Source: Ruditapes philippinarum (taxonomy: Eukaryota). From it: a stretch of 64,000 nt of DNA. Positions 22,999 through 35,979 of this stretch are shown in pieces. The stretch lies in NCBI RefSeq assembly GCF_026571515.1, contig NW_026859820.1:124001-188000 (forward strand), written 5' to 3'. Below the pieces are notes generated by a model. It made no database searches. It worked only from the letters and a program-made list of their open reading frames with translations, and had not been told where the DNA came from. The first letter of the stretch is position 1. Each line of letters starts with the position of its first letter. The translations under genes and the position numbers were made by a program.

Positions 22999-23303
22999 AC
23001 ACCGTGTTTGTAACAAGGAAAACCATTGGTTCATTTTCATTCATGGATTGATGTAAAAGTTGTGCATGGACGTATTACAGCAAAGACCATAATCTTACAC
23101 AAAACAGTTCTTTCCTGTAGGAAATAATACTAGGAAATTATAATGCTTATCTCCATCATATTGATAAAATTTAAGTTTGCGTTCATGCTACTAGTAGATC
23201 GACACAACGCTTTGAGTAAAAATTTGAAATGATTGATGTGCCAATGTTCGCAGAACAAACAAATAGATCTACAAGACAGTTTTATAGTACATTTTATTTG
23301 TAA

Positions 23304-24068
23304 TTACATGTAAACATCAGCTGGGTCGATATTTTGTTGATTTGTCTTCCGATCGATACTATCGATTGAATGATAATATCCAGAATTTGTAGACGATAGC
23401 GTCTCGGATTTGGGCTCTTCCTTTACGATTGGTTCTTGCTGTGACGTCACTTCATCTGCGTTGTAATAGACGCTGTCTCCAATCTTCGTCATTTGCATAT
23501 TTTCTGTTTTAGTCTCCTTTTCTGGAATGTTTTGATTATCTTTGATGAATACGATACTGGGTGGGGGCGGTGTTTCCGTACAATATGCGCAGAGTAACCA
23601 CAGTATAATGAACAGGACAAGTGCACAGCCTGCAGCAATTCCACCAACCATTGCGTCATGTTTTAACTCTTTCGTCAGTTCCGGTCCATAATAAGGTCCA
23701 TCTACATTGATCCCTATTTTTACAACCTGCGTTCCGTTTACCCCTGTATCTACAATGCAATAATATACCCCGAAGTCTTCATCGTCAAGCCTGGCAATGG
23801 ACAAAAGGAATCCATTGTTTCTGACAGCGATTTGGCCATCTTTAACATCTGTATCCGATCCAGTCAACCAAACGTCACTAGACGGCATTATCCAAGCTTT
23901 TACAGAATGAATGACGGCACTATGTTTATAGAATTTAGCACAGTCTAAATCTACTTTCTCAAAATATTCAACGTTCTGGTTCCATGCATCATTTTCGCCA
24001 CGCACGAGTGACAGTGGCAACTCGGGTAATGCAAGGAACAACAGGAATGAAATTTGAAACAAAACCAT
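23304..24068 (-). CDS. Single-Ig-domain type I membrane protein, paralog A (254 aa)
   Basis: Signal peptide; B-strand VDLDC (C43), C-strand KAWIMP, E-strand LSIARL, DEDFGVYYC (C104); TM AMVGGIAAGCALVLFIILWLLC; ~90-aa tail with several Tyr. Confidence 0.9.
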   Translation of the reverse strand: MVLFQISFLLFLALPELPLSLVRGENDAWNQNVEYFEKVDLDCAKFYKHSAVIHSVKAWIMPSSDVWLTGSDTDVKDGQIAVRNNGFLLSIARLDDEDFGVYYCIVDTGVNGTQVVKIGINVDGPYYGPELTKELKHDAMVGGIAAGCALVLFIILWLLCAYCTETPPPPSIVFIKDNQNIPEKETKTENMQMTKIGDSVYYNADEVTSQQEPIVKEEPKSETLSSTNSGYYHSIDSIDRKTNQQNIDPADVYM

Positions 24069-25735
24069 TTTTGTTTTTGGTTATGTCCGCTATCAGACGA
24101 ACTAAATTTTCCTCTGCCTTTTAAAGCGTACAGATGTGTGCAGGCAATGCTTTGCCGTATTCTCAACGAACGATCGTTTTTACAACGTCATGTGACGTCA
24201 CAGAATATCTATAAAGAAAACAAAAATCTTGATTAGCGAAACGTTAATGAAATTGAAATAACCATAGCTGTGATACTAGAAAGGGGGAAATTGTTTTCGA
24301 TTTTTGGAATAAATTATTGCCAACTTATACCTTTGTACAATCGATCTTGACAAAACTCTTTTATATATTTGAACCTAAGTATTCAACCAATCAACTACAA
24401 GACTATTGAAAAAAGTTAAGATATATTCCTTACTACCTTGTCAATCAGACGCTGTGGTTGCATAACCTATTTGAGCCATTTTATAATATAATTAACAATA
24501 AGAGCACCAAGACCAAAAGAAAATTTAACGTTCTTACCTTAACTTACAAGTCCTTTCTGTTAAATGAGAGTAACAGTGGTATAAGGGTAAAACATATTCT
24601 TCACCGTTATCATAGGTTCACCCGTAAAACACAGAACATGACAACAACACTGTAATGTTATCAAGATATGTACGTAAACATTAGCAAGAAGGAAGTTCTT
24701 TATAGATACCAAAATATTTGCTAAGTGTGTAAAGAACGTGAAGGTTAAATTTCAAGCGCTTCATAAAAATAATTTTGTCATTACAAAAACAGTGAACTCC
24801 GTACTACTCGGCATGAGTTTTGAAGAGGTCTTTGTAGTTTCTCTTTGTATAATGGTTGTTTTATAAAATTCATAAACTCTGGAACAGAACAGAGCATAAT
24901 TATCTTTTAAATTATTAGCTTAAATTACATATCAAGCAACACACGCATGAGTATACATAAAAACAGTGGTTTTTCCCCTTAAATTAACACATAACATTAT
25001 TTTATATAATACTTCTACATGCAGTACCATATTAGGTATTTATTAAGAGGAAAACTAACAATTATCACGAGAGATAGAAAAAAACGACACATTTTAATTA
25101 GGGCTTGTTTAAACTGAATACCGTACCTTTTCAACTTTACCAGATTATTTCAGGCGCGAGTGGGAACCTGTCGGAGAGATATCAAAAATAAAAATAAAAA
25201 TAATTAAATATTAAATAAATAAATAAATCGTAAAGATAAAAAACCACGCAATCGAGATAAAGAAAGATAATAATAAATGAATGTTCTTTACTTTTGAACA
25301 CGGTATGTATCCATGCATCCATAAATGGATACTTCAAGGAAGATAAACTTGTCAGCTAGCTCGTCTAAGCTAGGCTATGTCAATGTAGCTACTTATCTCG
25401 CTTTGGTATCTCAAGTAAAAGTTTGATTTAAAATATGATTTAAACAATAAAGATTAGATTTTTTTTCACGAACGGTGAAAAGCGATGGGTCGAAATCTTT
25501 GGTGATTTTCACCATGACCCAGATGCTTTTTTTAAAAAACCATAGCATTTTTATCACATAGATGGGATTGAAAATTGGCACATTTAGTGACAGGTCAAAG
25601 TAGAAACAATTTACTAGTCTTCCAGTCTGTTATTATCACCATGACCTGGCAGTATCATCGAACTCTGGAGGACTGGATACATACCGTGTTGAAATGCCGT
25701 TACAGATTTCATATTTAACAACCTTTGAATTGAAA

Positions 25736-25972
25736 TGAGCCGCGCCATGACAAAACCAACATAATGGATTTGCGACCAGCATGGATCCAGACCAGCCTGC
25801 GCATCCGCGCAGTCTGATCAGGATCCATGCTGTTCGCTTAAAAACTCTATAACAAGTAGAGAAACTGATAGCGAACATCATGGATCCTGATCAGACTGTG
25901 CGGATGCGCAGGCTGGTCTGGATCCATGCTGGTCGCAAACCAATTATGTTGATTTTGTCGTGACGCGGCTCA
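25736..25972. mobile_element. Palindromic MITE, copy 4
   Basis: TGAGCC...GGCTCA, flanked aa/aa. Confidence 0.9.
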
Positions 25973-27667
25973 AATCATCAATAAAACTGTTCATGTATTC
26001 CACGAAAGGGACCGTCATCTAGGCCTTCAGATTATATTTTATGCTTAATTTTTACACCTTTGACTGGAAGGTTTGATATTGGAAAAACGTCAATGACCAT
26101 CTATGACATATATAATAACCATTTAAAATTCACATAACATGTTATTAAATCCTATTTTAACTGGATTTCAAAGATAAATACATAGAAGTTTCTTATTTAT
26201 TCTTCTTGTTTTATATTTTGGATAACCTTTATTGTATTTAAATGAGGTCTGATGAAAGCGTTTCGGCCGATTATTTATATTGTAAATATTTGATAAGCAC
26301 CTTTAAAGTAAAGAATAGTATACAATGTGAAGGCTTCGTTTATACTAAGATATTTATGATAGTAAATCTTTTCTAGATAAACATAATAAAAACCCATGAT
26401 GACTCTGTTATGATAATAAAACACGAACTTTACATGTTTGTACACAATTTACATGTACAGTGTACATATTCAGTGTACATGATTTAAATTATATTTGTAC
26501 ATAACTTTCAATTTTTTATCAATCTAATGTGCCCGACAACCTTATTACTTTATACACTCTCTTAAAATTGATTATAAAGCAACAACAACAACAACATAAA
26601 AAACATCGTCGGATACCCACGGCCAATCCATTAACATTTATCTGATAACATGTTATGTTACATGTTAATCATTCGTGGGTATCCGATGATGAAAACACCG
26701 TTTTTATCAATTGAAGTCGCGTCTTTGAAAGGGTTGGGTATGACCGGTTCACAGGTCCAGTTGTTCGACCGTATGGCGTCCCACCCTTTCTCCCTTTGTT
26801 AACCTCTTGGATATTTCTTCTTTCTTCTTCTGATTTTAATCATTTCCAAAACCGTGCCCTTATAAAATGTGTTCCCATACTCCCTATAAAACAAGCGGCA
26901 GATCTATGCATGCTTGTACGAGAAACGCGGTGGAATATTTTTAATTACAGTTGTAAATGTCGGTAAAACCTGACTACTTTATCAATCCGCATTTGAAGTT
27001 ATATTCACGACAATGCATACATTTGAATGATAAATTATTTAAATACCTTCAAAATAATGTTTACACATGATCACTTTATGTTATCTTTATCTTAACTGTT
27101 GAAATACCGTATTATACTATTTAAACTGCTCTCATTTGGAATGTTCAGTAATAGCTAGTTCGCTTTAAAGTGAACTGGTCTATAAAGGAAGGTCTGTTAT
27201 ACCATGATTAATTATGTTTATTGTGTAAAATATCAAGGGGACAACAAAACAGGAAGATGGTGTATGTACGTGTAAGATACATGATCCGGTATGACATATC
27301 CAAATATAGTCGATAATAATTTGTTCTAAAGGAAAATATTATTATTCAATATTCAATATTTATAAATGTTGTAAAACACTTAGAAACTATCAGAATTTTG
27401 TTTTCAATGAGCATTTTATATGAATATTGTTTTTATCAATAACTTTATGGAAAATGGGCAAACTGTAGACCAATTCACTTTAAACAATAATTTAATATCT
27501 TTGAAAGCTCGTACCACCTGAAAGGCCATTTTTATGGCATATTATAGCAGTTTTAATCGTAAGTCTACATGTCAGGAGACAAGACTAGCCCCCCCCCCCC
27601 CTATTCCCCTATTCACAACAAAAGGACCAGGACCAATGTCAAACGATCTTGATTTTATTTTAATTGC

Positions 27668-29312
27668 TTTTTATGCCCCCATTTTGAAAAAAAGGGGGTA
27701 TATTGCTTTGCACTTGTCGGTCCGTCGGTCTGTCGGTCCGTCGGTCCGTCGGTCCGTAGACCAAATGGTTTCCGAGTGATAACTAAAGAACCCTTAGGCC
27801 TAGGAACTTCAAACTTGGTATGGTGATTGGTCATGACCAGTAGATGACCCCTATTGATTTTGGGGTCAAGGGGTCAAAGGTCAAGGTCACATTGACCTTG
27901 AAAGCAAAAACGGTTTCCGATCAATAACTAAAGAACCTTAAGGCCTAGGAACTTCAAACTTGGTATGGTGATTGGTCATGACCAGTAGATGACCCCTATT
28001 GATTTTGGGGTCAAGGGGTCAAAGGTCAAGGTCACATTGACCTTGAAAGCAAAAACGGTTTTCCGATCAATAACTAAAGAACCTTAAGGCCTAGGAACTT
28101 CAAACTTGGTATGGTGATTGGTCATGATCAGTAGATGCCCCTATTGATTTTGGAGTCAAGGGGTCAAAGGTCAAGGTCACATTGACCTTGAAAGCAAAAA
28201 CAGTTTTCCGATCAATAACTAAAGAACCTTAAGGCCTAGGAACTTCAAACTTGGTATGGTGATTAGTCATGACCAGTAGATGACCCCTATTGATTTTGGG
28301 GGTCAAGGGGTCAAAGGTCAAGGTCACATTGACCTTAAAAGCAAAAACGGTTTCCGATCAATAACTAAAGAACCTTAAGGCCTAGCAACTTTAAACTTGG
28401 TATGGTGATTGGTCATGATCAGTAGATGACCCCTATTGATTTTGGGGTCAAGGGGTCAAAGGTCAAGGTCACATTGACATTGTAGGTAAAAACGGTTTCC
28501 GATCAATACCTAAAGAACCTTAAGGCTTAGGAACATTAAACTTGGTATTGTGATTGGTCATGATCAGTAGATGACCCCTATTGATTTTGGGGTCAAGGGG
28601 TCAAAGGTCAAGGTCACATTGACCTTGTAGGTAAAAACGGTTTCTGATCAATAACTCAAGAACGCTTAGGCCTAGGAACTTCAAACTTGGTATGGTGATT
28701 TGTCATGACCAGCAGATTACTCCTATTGATTTTGGGATCAAGGGGTCAAAGGTCAAGGTCACAATGACCTTGTAAGTAAAAACGGTTTCTGATCAATAAC
28801 TAAAGAACGCTTCGGCCTAGAAACTTCAAACTTGGCATGGTGATTGGTCATGACCAGCAGATGACCCCTTTTGATTTTGGGGTCAAAGGTCAAGGTCACA
28901 TTGACCTTGTATGTTAAAACGGTTTCCGATCAATAATAAGAGAACCCTTAGGCCTAAGAACTTCAAACTTGGCATGCTGATTGGTCATGACCAGCAGATG
29001 ACCCCTATTGATTTTGGGGTCAAAGGTCAAGGTCACATTGACCTTGTAGGTTAAAAAGGTTTCTGATCAATTTACTAAAAACGCCTAGGCCTAGGAACTT
29101 CAAACTTTGTATGATGATTGGTCGTGACCAGCAGATGACCCCTATTGAGTTTTGGGTCAAGGGGTCAAAGGTCAAGGTCATGACCAGTAGATACTTTATA
29201 ACCCTTATTAATTGTTTGATCACTGGGTCAGACATCATGCATAATAACCTTATCACATGACTAATTGGCTGCTGATGGGGGGCATACATGTTTTACAAAC
29301 ATATCTTGTTTT
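27668..29312 (+). mobile_element. Helentron/HINE-like element carrying a ~145-bp satellite array
   Basis: 5' TTTTATGCCCCC, a (GTCG/GTCC)n microsatellite, ~10 tandem 137-146-bp units containing GGTCAAAGGTCAAGGTCAC (27771-29180), then 3' GGGGGGCATA (inverse of the 5' subterminal repeat), short hairpin ATGTTT-TAC-AAACAT and CTTGTTTT. Confidence 0.85.
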
Positions 29313-31033
29313 AAACTAACATTGATCATATTGGGCTAAAATTATATGGTACTTAAACATTATGTCAAATTTCTGATTTGTAAAGAAGCAAAACTTAAAC
29401 TGATGAATAAGAATAGAAAATATAAGACTGTTCCGATAAAAGAATCAATTTTAGGACCAAATAAACCATATCCTTAATACTAGGTCAATTTATAACTGGG
29501 CATTTCTTTTTGCGTTTGTCACGATAAACTTTAAAATGTTTTTAAATTGTAAAGCAAGTGTTCATATGTTTATAGTATAGAAATAGTCAGTTACTAATTA
29601 TGTTCATGTTATCATAGATACAGAATGCACATTTATGATAAAAGTATCTTGATTTGAAACAAACGAACGAATGAGCGAAAATCGTTTGAAATAAATTTGT
29701 GAATTTATTTGTATATTTACGGTAGTATTAATAAATACAAACATGTTTATAAATGAAATCAAAGTTATTAGATAAGGGAAGCTGATATAATTCAAATACA
29801 CCATTCAATTAAAAAAAGGAGTACATGTAAGGGGTACAGATTTAATTTCGAAATTTGGATAAATACCAAAGGCTCTGAAAATGCAGAGGTTATAGGAAGT
29901 GTCCAAGTTGATGATTTAAAGCTGAGAAGGTAAGTAAATTTAATATTGATATGTCAATAGCATTTTTTAAAGTGGTGTACTTGAGTGCCACATTTCACTA
30001 TTAATTCTTAATATTTAAATGCCTTCGCGACCGATTTTAGGCGTATCTTGAATAATATTCCCCGTACTATTTCGAAGATCGAATCCAGTCCGGGACGTTG
30101 ATCGCATGTATCCGAAAGGTCGATAATTCTACCGATGTGTTCGTTTGAAAAGGACACTTAGACTATTTTGTGCATTTCAGCAAAAATCTAAAAATGGCAC
30201 ACATGCCTACCTTGAATTTCAACATGTAGCTAATTTGGGTACCACTCTTTTAAAGGCACTCCACTGAGGTCTAAAATCTCAAAAACATGAAACTTGAATA
30301 TCACATGCACATCTATAGATCATTAGGGGCGCTTAAAACAAACAGATACCCAAAAGATGACAGAGAAAATGCATCTCAAAAATATATTGAAAATCGTATT
30401 TTTGTCCAATTTAACGCTTTTCAATTTGCATCATTTTTACAATTAGAAGATCTACAATTTTGCACATATACGTTGTTGGTTTAGATAAACATCAAATAGA
30501 ATATTAGCCTTGAAAATAAAGTCTAGTCCCATCAAGTAACAAGAACCTGGGATATACGATAACTTATCGTATGTCCCAGCAAGAACGCAGTTGGGTCCCT
30601 TTAAATTGAGTTAAGGGTGTCTGCCATGTTTTAACCATATCATAAACTAGTTAGTCTTAGAACGGACTTAAATAATTTATAAAATTTTGAAAAATGTTAT
30701 GTACAATGGCGTAAGCCTTCTTACAAGTTTCCTCACCCCCTCATTTATGGGAATGTAAGCCACGTTTACGTAGATAGCCCGAGTCTGAGTTTCTAAATTT
30801 ATCAAACTGTGTCCCTGAACCTTATTTTCAGTTAAGTAAATTTTATAAATTGCCCTCAAAAGTGGCTGAATGTGACTGAATTTTAAGAGTATGATTCTTT
30901 CATTGAAATCAGTTCGATTTTCGGACAGATCTAATTCGGATAACCAAGTTTGAGTTAGGTTTAATAAAACGGTCTTTAAAAGTCTGTGATCGAAAAGTAC
31001 ACATTTTAACATTTTGTTTTTGTTATATTTCAG

Positions 31034-31648
31034 ATGAAGTGGCTAACGTTTGCCTGTTTCCTGATTGTTTTACTCGGCACTATTGCTGAGGATTTCCATT
31101 TAGAGTATTACTCAACTGTGACACTGGAATGCGATGACACTAAATATAACTTTACAAATTCTGGTCAAATCAACAAGCGCTACTGGGGGTCCCCAAAAAG
31201 GACCTTTTTTCCCCCCTCTCAGGTAGCGGCCTTTTTTAAAATTGAAACCCAAAATTTTTTACCTTGATGTAAAAAAAAATAAGCGATGTGACTTTGGACT
31301 TTTTCGTATCTTAGTGGTTCTGGAAAAATCGGGACAAATTATGCAGGGTGTAAAACCATGGTCCTTTTTTGAGATCTGTTAAAGAAGTACAGGCACAATG
31401 CTAGATTGGTAAATCGCGGCGGGTTTTCCCTTTTCTAGTAGGGGCCCCGGAAGCTTTTTATATTTTTTGGCAATTGGGGTATCAAGGAAAAAAGTAAAAA
31501 GGAACAAGGGCCGTAGACGAGCTGTTTAAAGGATTTGAGGATATGATTCAGAGCTTTTAACTTTGGGTTTAGAAAACGTAAAAATTAAAGGAAAAGCAAG
31601 GGGGGAGCAAAAATTGTTGGGAAATTTTATGATGAAAAGAAAATGTAG
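31034..31648 (+). pseudogene. Single-Ig membrane protein, paralog B; frameshifted in this sequence (pseudogene or assembly error)
   Basis: tttcag|ATG, signal peptide MKWLTFACFLIVLLGTIA, then EYYSTVTLEC...KRYW. Broken remnants follow: KISD..DFG, KKYRHNA..IG..AAG, AVDEL.KG..GYDS. Probable stop at 31646-31648; candidate 5'UTR donor at 29930. Confidence 0.7.
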
Positions 31649-32220
31649 CAGCTCCAGTGTTCAAGCGTTTTAACTGTTGTGTCTGAAACATTACGTTAGC
31701 ATCACAAGAAGCCAATGGTTCTAATTGTGCATTTCAAAGTTCAATGATATTCTATGATAGAAAACAGAAAACAGTGTATACAGAATATTTACTTACAAAA
31801 TGTACTCGTATTTTCATAATTGTTTTATAGCAGTGGAATTATATTAGAACAAACTATTTAAGCGTTTAAATTACCGGCATTATTGTGCGTAAAAAATAGT
31901 GACAGGTTCTTCTTGGCATAAACAAACCTAAGTTATATTTAAAACTTTCTTGGAAACAAATAAAAAGAGAACAATATAATTATTTACTTAGTATGTGGTT
32001 TTTATTACTAAGATGATCTTGAATCCAACAGTGATTCTTTATTTACTAAGCATAAAACATTGCATGTTTTCTATTCTATAATAAGACTAAATGTAAATTT
32101 CAAATATACTTGTACCATGTCCTTGTAGAACGAGTTTGTTCGTTTGGCTATTTAAGAAATAGAAAATAAGACACCGTATTTCAGTTGCTTTCTCTCGCAA
32201 AAAATAAAAAGTTAGAAAAA

Positions 32221-32340
32221 TTCTGGTCAAATCTACAAGCGCTACTGGCTGGTGCCCAACGGAGACCTTATTTCAGCCTCTCAAGGTAGCGGCCATTTTG
32301 AAATTGTACCTTGACTGTAAACAAAATAAGCGACGATGAG
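32221..32340 (+). pseudogene. Duplicated internal fragment of the paralog B Ig exon
   Basis: Reads SGQIYKRYWLVPNGDLISASQGSGHFEIV, then after a deletion TLTVNKISDD. Nucleotide match to 31159-31290. Confidence 0.75.
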
Positions 32341-33188
32341 CAGAAGAAGGGAAACAATCTGAAGGTCTGTTGAAGCATCACGAGTTGTCTCTCTTCGATA
32401 TATATAAAAGCAGTAGAAACTACGAAATAGTTCGTATATTTCCGTCATGTCTTATGATTGTTTTAAACAGTGTCGATTATCACTTTAGCATAATTATTAA
32501 AATAATTAAAAATCTTGTAACGTTACCAAATCAAACTATAACAACGTTTTCTGCAGCTTATAATGGACAACTACTAAAATAGAGATGCGTAGTGGTCATC
32601 TTTATAAACATTCTAACTGACAAAGATATAAAACCTTAAATATCTCCTCTAAAATTCCCTTTTATAATTAACATTCTGAATAAAGGTAAAAACATTATAG
32701 TTTGGCATCAATTATACCAGCTACGGTGTTCCCTTGATCAGTACAGGAAAAATAACGACGTGGATGCTAAACATAAGGGAGATAACTGCAGCGATGCCGA
32801 ATAATGAAGGGGAGGTCACTGCACGGATGGAAGGTCACTGCGTGCGTGGATGCCAAAGAATAACGGGGAGTTTTACTTTTAATGGATTTATTATCCTGAT
32901 TTATAAATGATTTTTTAAAACTCCTATAATTGTATTTCTTTAAAAAATCATTAGAATATAAATCTGCAAATGGCTAAATTATCATATTTAGTTTTAGTTA
33001 TAAAGTTCATAAGGCCTTATAAGAAAACGGACACCTTTACTTTTTTGTAACACAAAAACAGTTATTTCCGTTATTCAAACTGCTATTCTTATCGTTTGCT
33101 ATGTACAGATTACAAACTACACTGTTTATGATTTTTAAAATATCTTAAATCTATATATTTTTCTCTGTAGCAAGAACTGACCGGAAAT

Positions 33189-34608
33189 TTATAGATGTGC
33201 AGAGCTAATAGTAACACTTTCTCCATGAGTCGGACTTCCGGTTTTGTTCACTTTTGCATACATTTCCTCCGCGTTCGGCTGTCGCGGTTCTGAGTGATGA
33301 ACGCTACGGTTGCTTATTGCATACTCATGCTCCGCGTGACGAGATTTCATGTTGTGGGTGTAATAATCAAGATTTGACAGCGTGTCTTCATTTTTGGACT
33401 TCTTTTTACGACATCTGCAAGCAACACATACAATTATTACAATAATCACAGCCGCGCCTGCGCTGATGCAGCCAATCAAAAGGTTTCTTTGAAACGTTTC
33501 AAGTTGTCTTTTATATAACGGCCCATCCTCGTTTAAAGCCACCCGGATCACACTTGTGGTGTAAAAGATATTCTCCCATAACAATACACAGTGATATACA
33601 CCAAAATCTGGGTCATCGATACTGTCAATACGTAGGTTAAATATGTACGGATCTGGTGCCTCGATATGATATCGCTCACTTCCGGGAAAGTTGTCAGCTA
33701 AAACGGAAGTATTCGGAAGAATCCAGTATTTCTTGAAGGGAATAGTTATGCCAGGGTAGGTCAGGTTATGAAGTGTAAAATTACACGGTAGTGAGGCGTT
33801 TGTGAAGTATTCTGCTTCGTAACTTTCCCGTGCACCTGCAGCCTCGTATGAAAATACGGACACAACTGTCAAGAGAACGTAAATAGTCCGGCTAAAGATG
33901 AAGGTCCTCAAGACCAGCTGAAAAAGCAATATAATATCTACGCATTATCAAGGAATGTAACCCCCATAACATATGTCTGTAAACATCGAGACAAAGAGAG
34001 AGAAAAAATTATGAAAATTCGTCTTAAAAGAAAGTTTTTGATATAAAAGCAAAAAAAATAAAAAAATAAAAGAATGAAACATAATTTTTGTGCAGGCAAT
34101 GAAAACAGCTTTCTGTAAACCGGTTACTAGATGCCTCTTCCATTTTATGTTTATTTAAATTCGCATAGAACTATTTACATATTCATATTGCAAGCTATTC
34201 TTAATACGTACACTATGAACGCAAAAATCGTAATGCTGTAACCGTGCCTTCTTCGCAAATTAACAATTTCATGTATATGTTAAGAAAATTGTACTAATTA
34301 TATCAATTTCCGGTAAAAAAAAAGAAATATTTAGTGAGCAGAGCACCTTAAAACAGAACCTGAGAGTGTACATATACCATTTAAGGTTTTAAAATTTTTA
34401 TGCTTATATCTGGCCGTTCCAACTTATTAATTTGAGAAATAAGGCTGTGTGATATTTTTTCCGACTAAAAACCGATTGTAATGATTCAATAAAGAAAACA
34501 ATAAGTAAAAAAATCTTTAAATTTAAAAGGAAAATTCTTTATTGCTATAATACTAAACACAATATTAATAAAGAAAAAGTCAAATAGCTAGTTTACCTCG
34601 TTTTCCAT
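33189..34608 (-). CDS. Single-Ig-domain type I membrane protein, paralog C (~246 aa)
   Basis: Predicted exon 1 34608-34597 (ATG GAA AAC GAG|gtaaa) and exon 2 33917-33189 after tttttcag. Motifs EYFTNASLPC, KKYWILPN, DDPDFGVYHC, LNEDGP; TM LLIGCISAGAAVIIVIIVCVAC. Confidence 0.88.
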
Positions 34609-35979
34609 AATTCTATCCGAAATATCTCGACTGTCCGACTATTGTATCAGTAAAGTATGACTTCATATGGTAGATCTGTGGTTACAATGTAAATGTCCCA
34701 CCTATTTACACTCTTGTGTATTTAATGGAAAGATACAAGACTTTCACTCTAAACTGTTTGCTTAAAAATATTTAAACAATAGCTTTATATACATATTTGA
34801 TAATAAACACTTGAAAAATATACAGTAAATATGTGAAATTCTTTTATGTTCGCAACAAAAATCAGAATAACTAATTTCAAAAGAATTTTTGGTTCTGATA
34901 CGAAATTTGTACCCTTTGTGAATTCGAATCTTCTTCTTGTTTGTTTATTTTATTTAACTTGAATGACAATGTGTCAAAACACGTACGGTAAATGACGAAC
35001 CTTACGCAAAGTACATTTTAAAGTACATGTAAACTGGTCGTTCTCTCGTTTAATAACTGGTCTTTTACGTATACTTTAAAGTATAAACTTGAATCAAAAG
35101 TACTAAAACGTTATTTAAGGATTACACATTCTTTAATTATATTGATAATAATAATTATAGGTTTTGACATATAAATATCATCTTGACTTCCAAGAAATCT
35201 GCAGAGGGTTAGACAGAAATTTGGTCAGAATTAAGAATTAAATTGAAAATCGATTTTTGTGACTCTTGAGTGAAGGGAGCTGAAAGGTTTTTTGAACAAC
35301 AGAAATTTTGATTCTTGAAAAACGGGATGAGGAAATTATCTGAAAATTTACACACAAGTTATTGGCACGGACCTACATCAAATTGTATACAAATCTCGGG
35401 AAAATATTTCTAGTTCCGTCATGTCCTTAAACCTCAATTGAGTCTTTTTGAAATGCGACTTAAAGCGAAAATGTGACAGTAGAAAGTTAATGCATATATA
35501 TTTTATATTTTATATATTTAAGATATAATTATGCTGAAATGTGATGAGCCCGAAGATTCATCAGCGCTATTCTTGCATAATAAAAACGTATAATAAAGAC
35601 CCGTGCCCGTGTGATATCATCAGTTAATGCATGTTTTCTTCTCTATAAATGTATACCTGCATGTACTTTTTTATGCAAGACTTTAATTAATAAATTATAT
35701 GAATAAAAATGAAATCGGATCAATTGAACAATAAGAAATGACTAAATGATATATAATGCATATATTTTAATCAACATATAAAAGCAGCAATGAATGTTGA
35801 ATTTCAAGTACATGATTATAAATCAATATGTAAAAATAAATTTGACGAACAGTTTCAAAACATAATTGATCAAAAGAGGAAAATAGACGAGTCTTTTGTA
35901 AAGGACTGTGTAGTGATGAAATAAACTTTCAGGGAAATAAATTACAGGGATAATAAAAGGTCTGATTCTTGTTTTTATA

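Noticed and set aside
26690-26860. GC-richer patch with short minus-strand open frames (e.g. EKGWDAIRSNNWTCEPVIPNPF)
   Set aside because: No splice-consistent model and no similarity to the Ig family or any domain I recognise.
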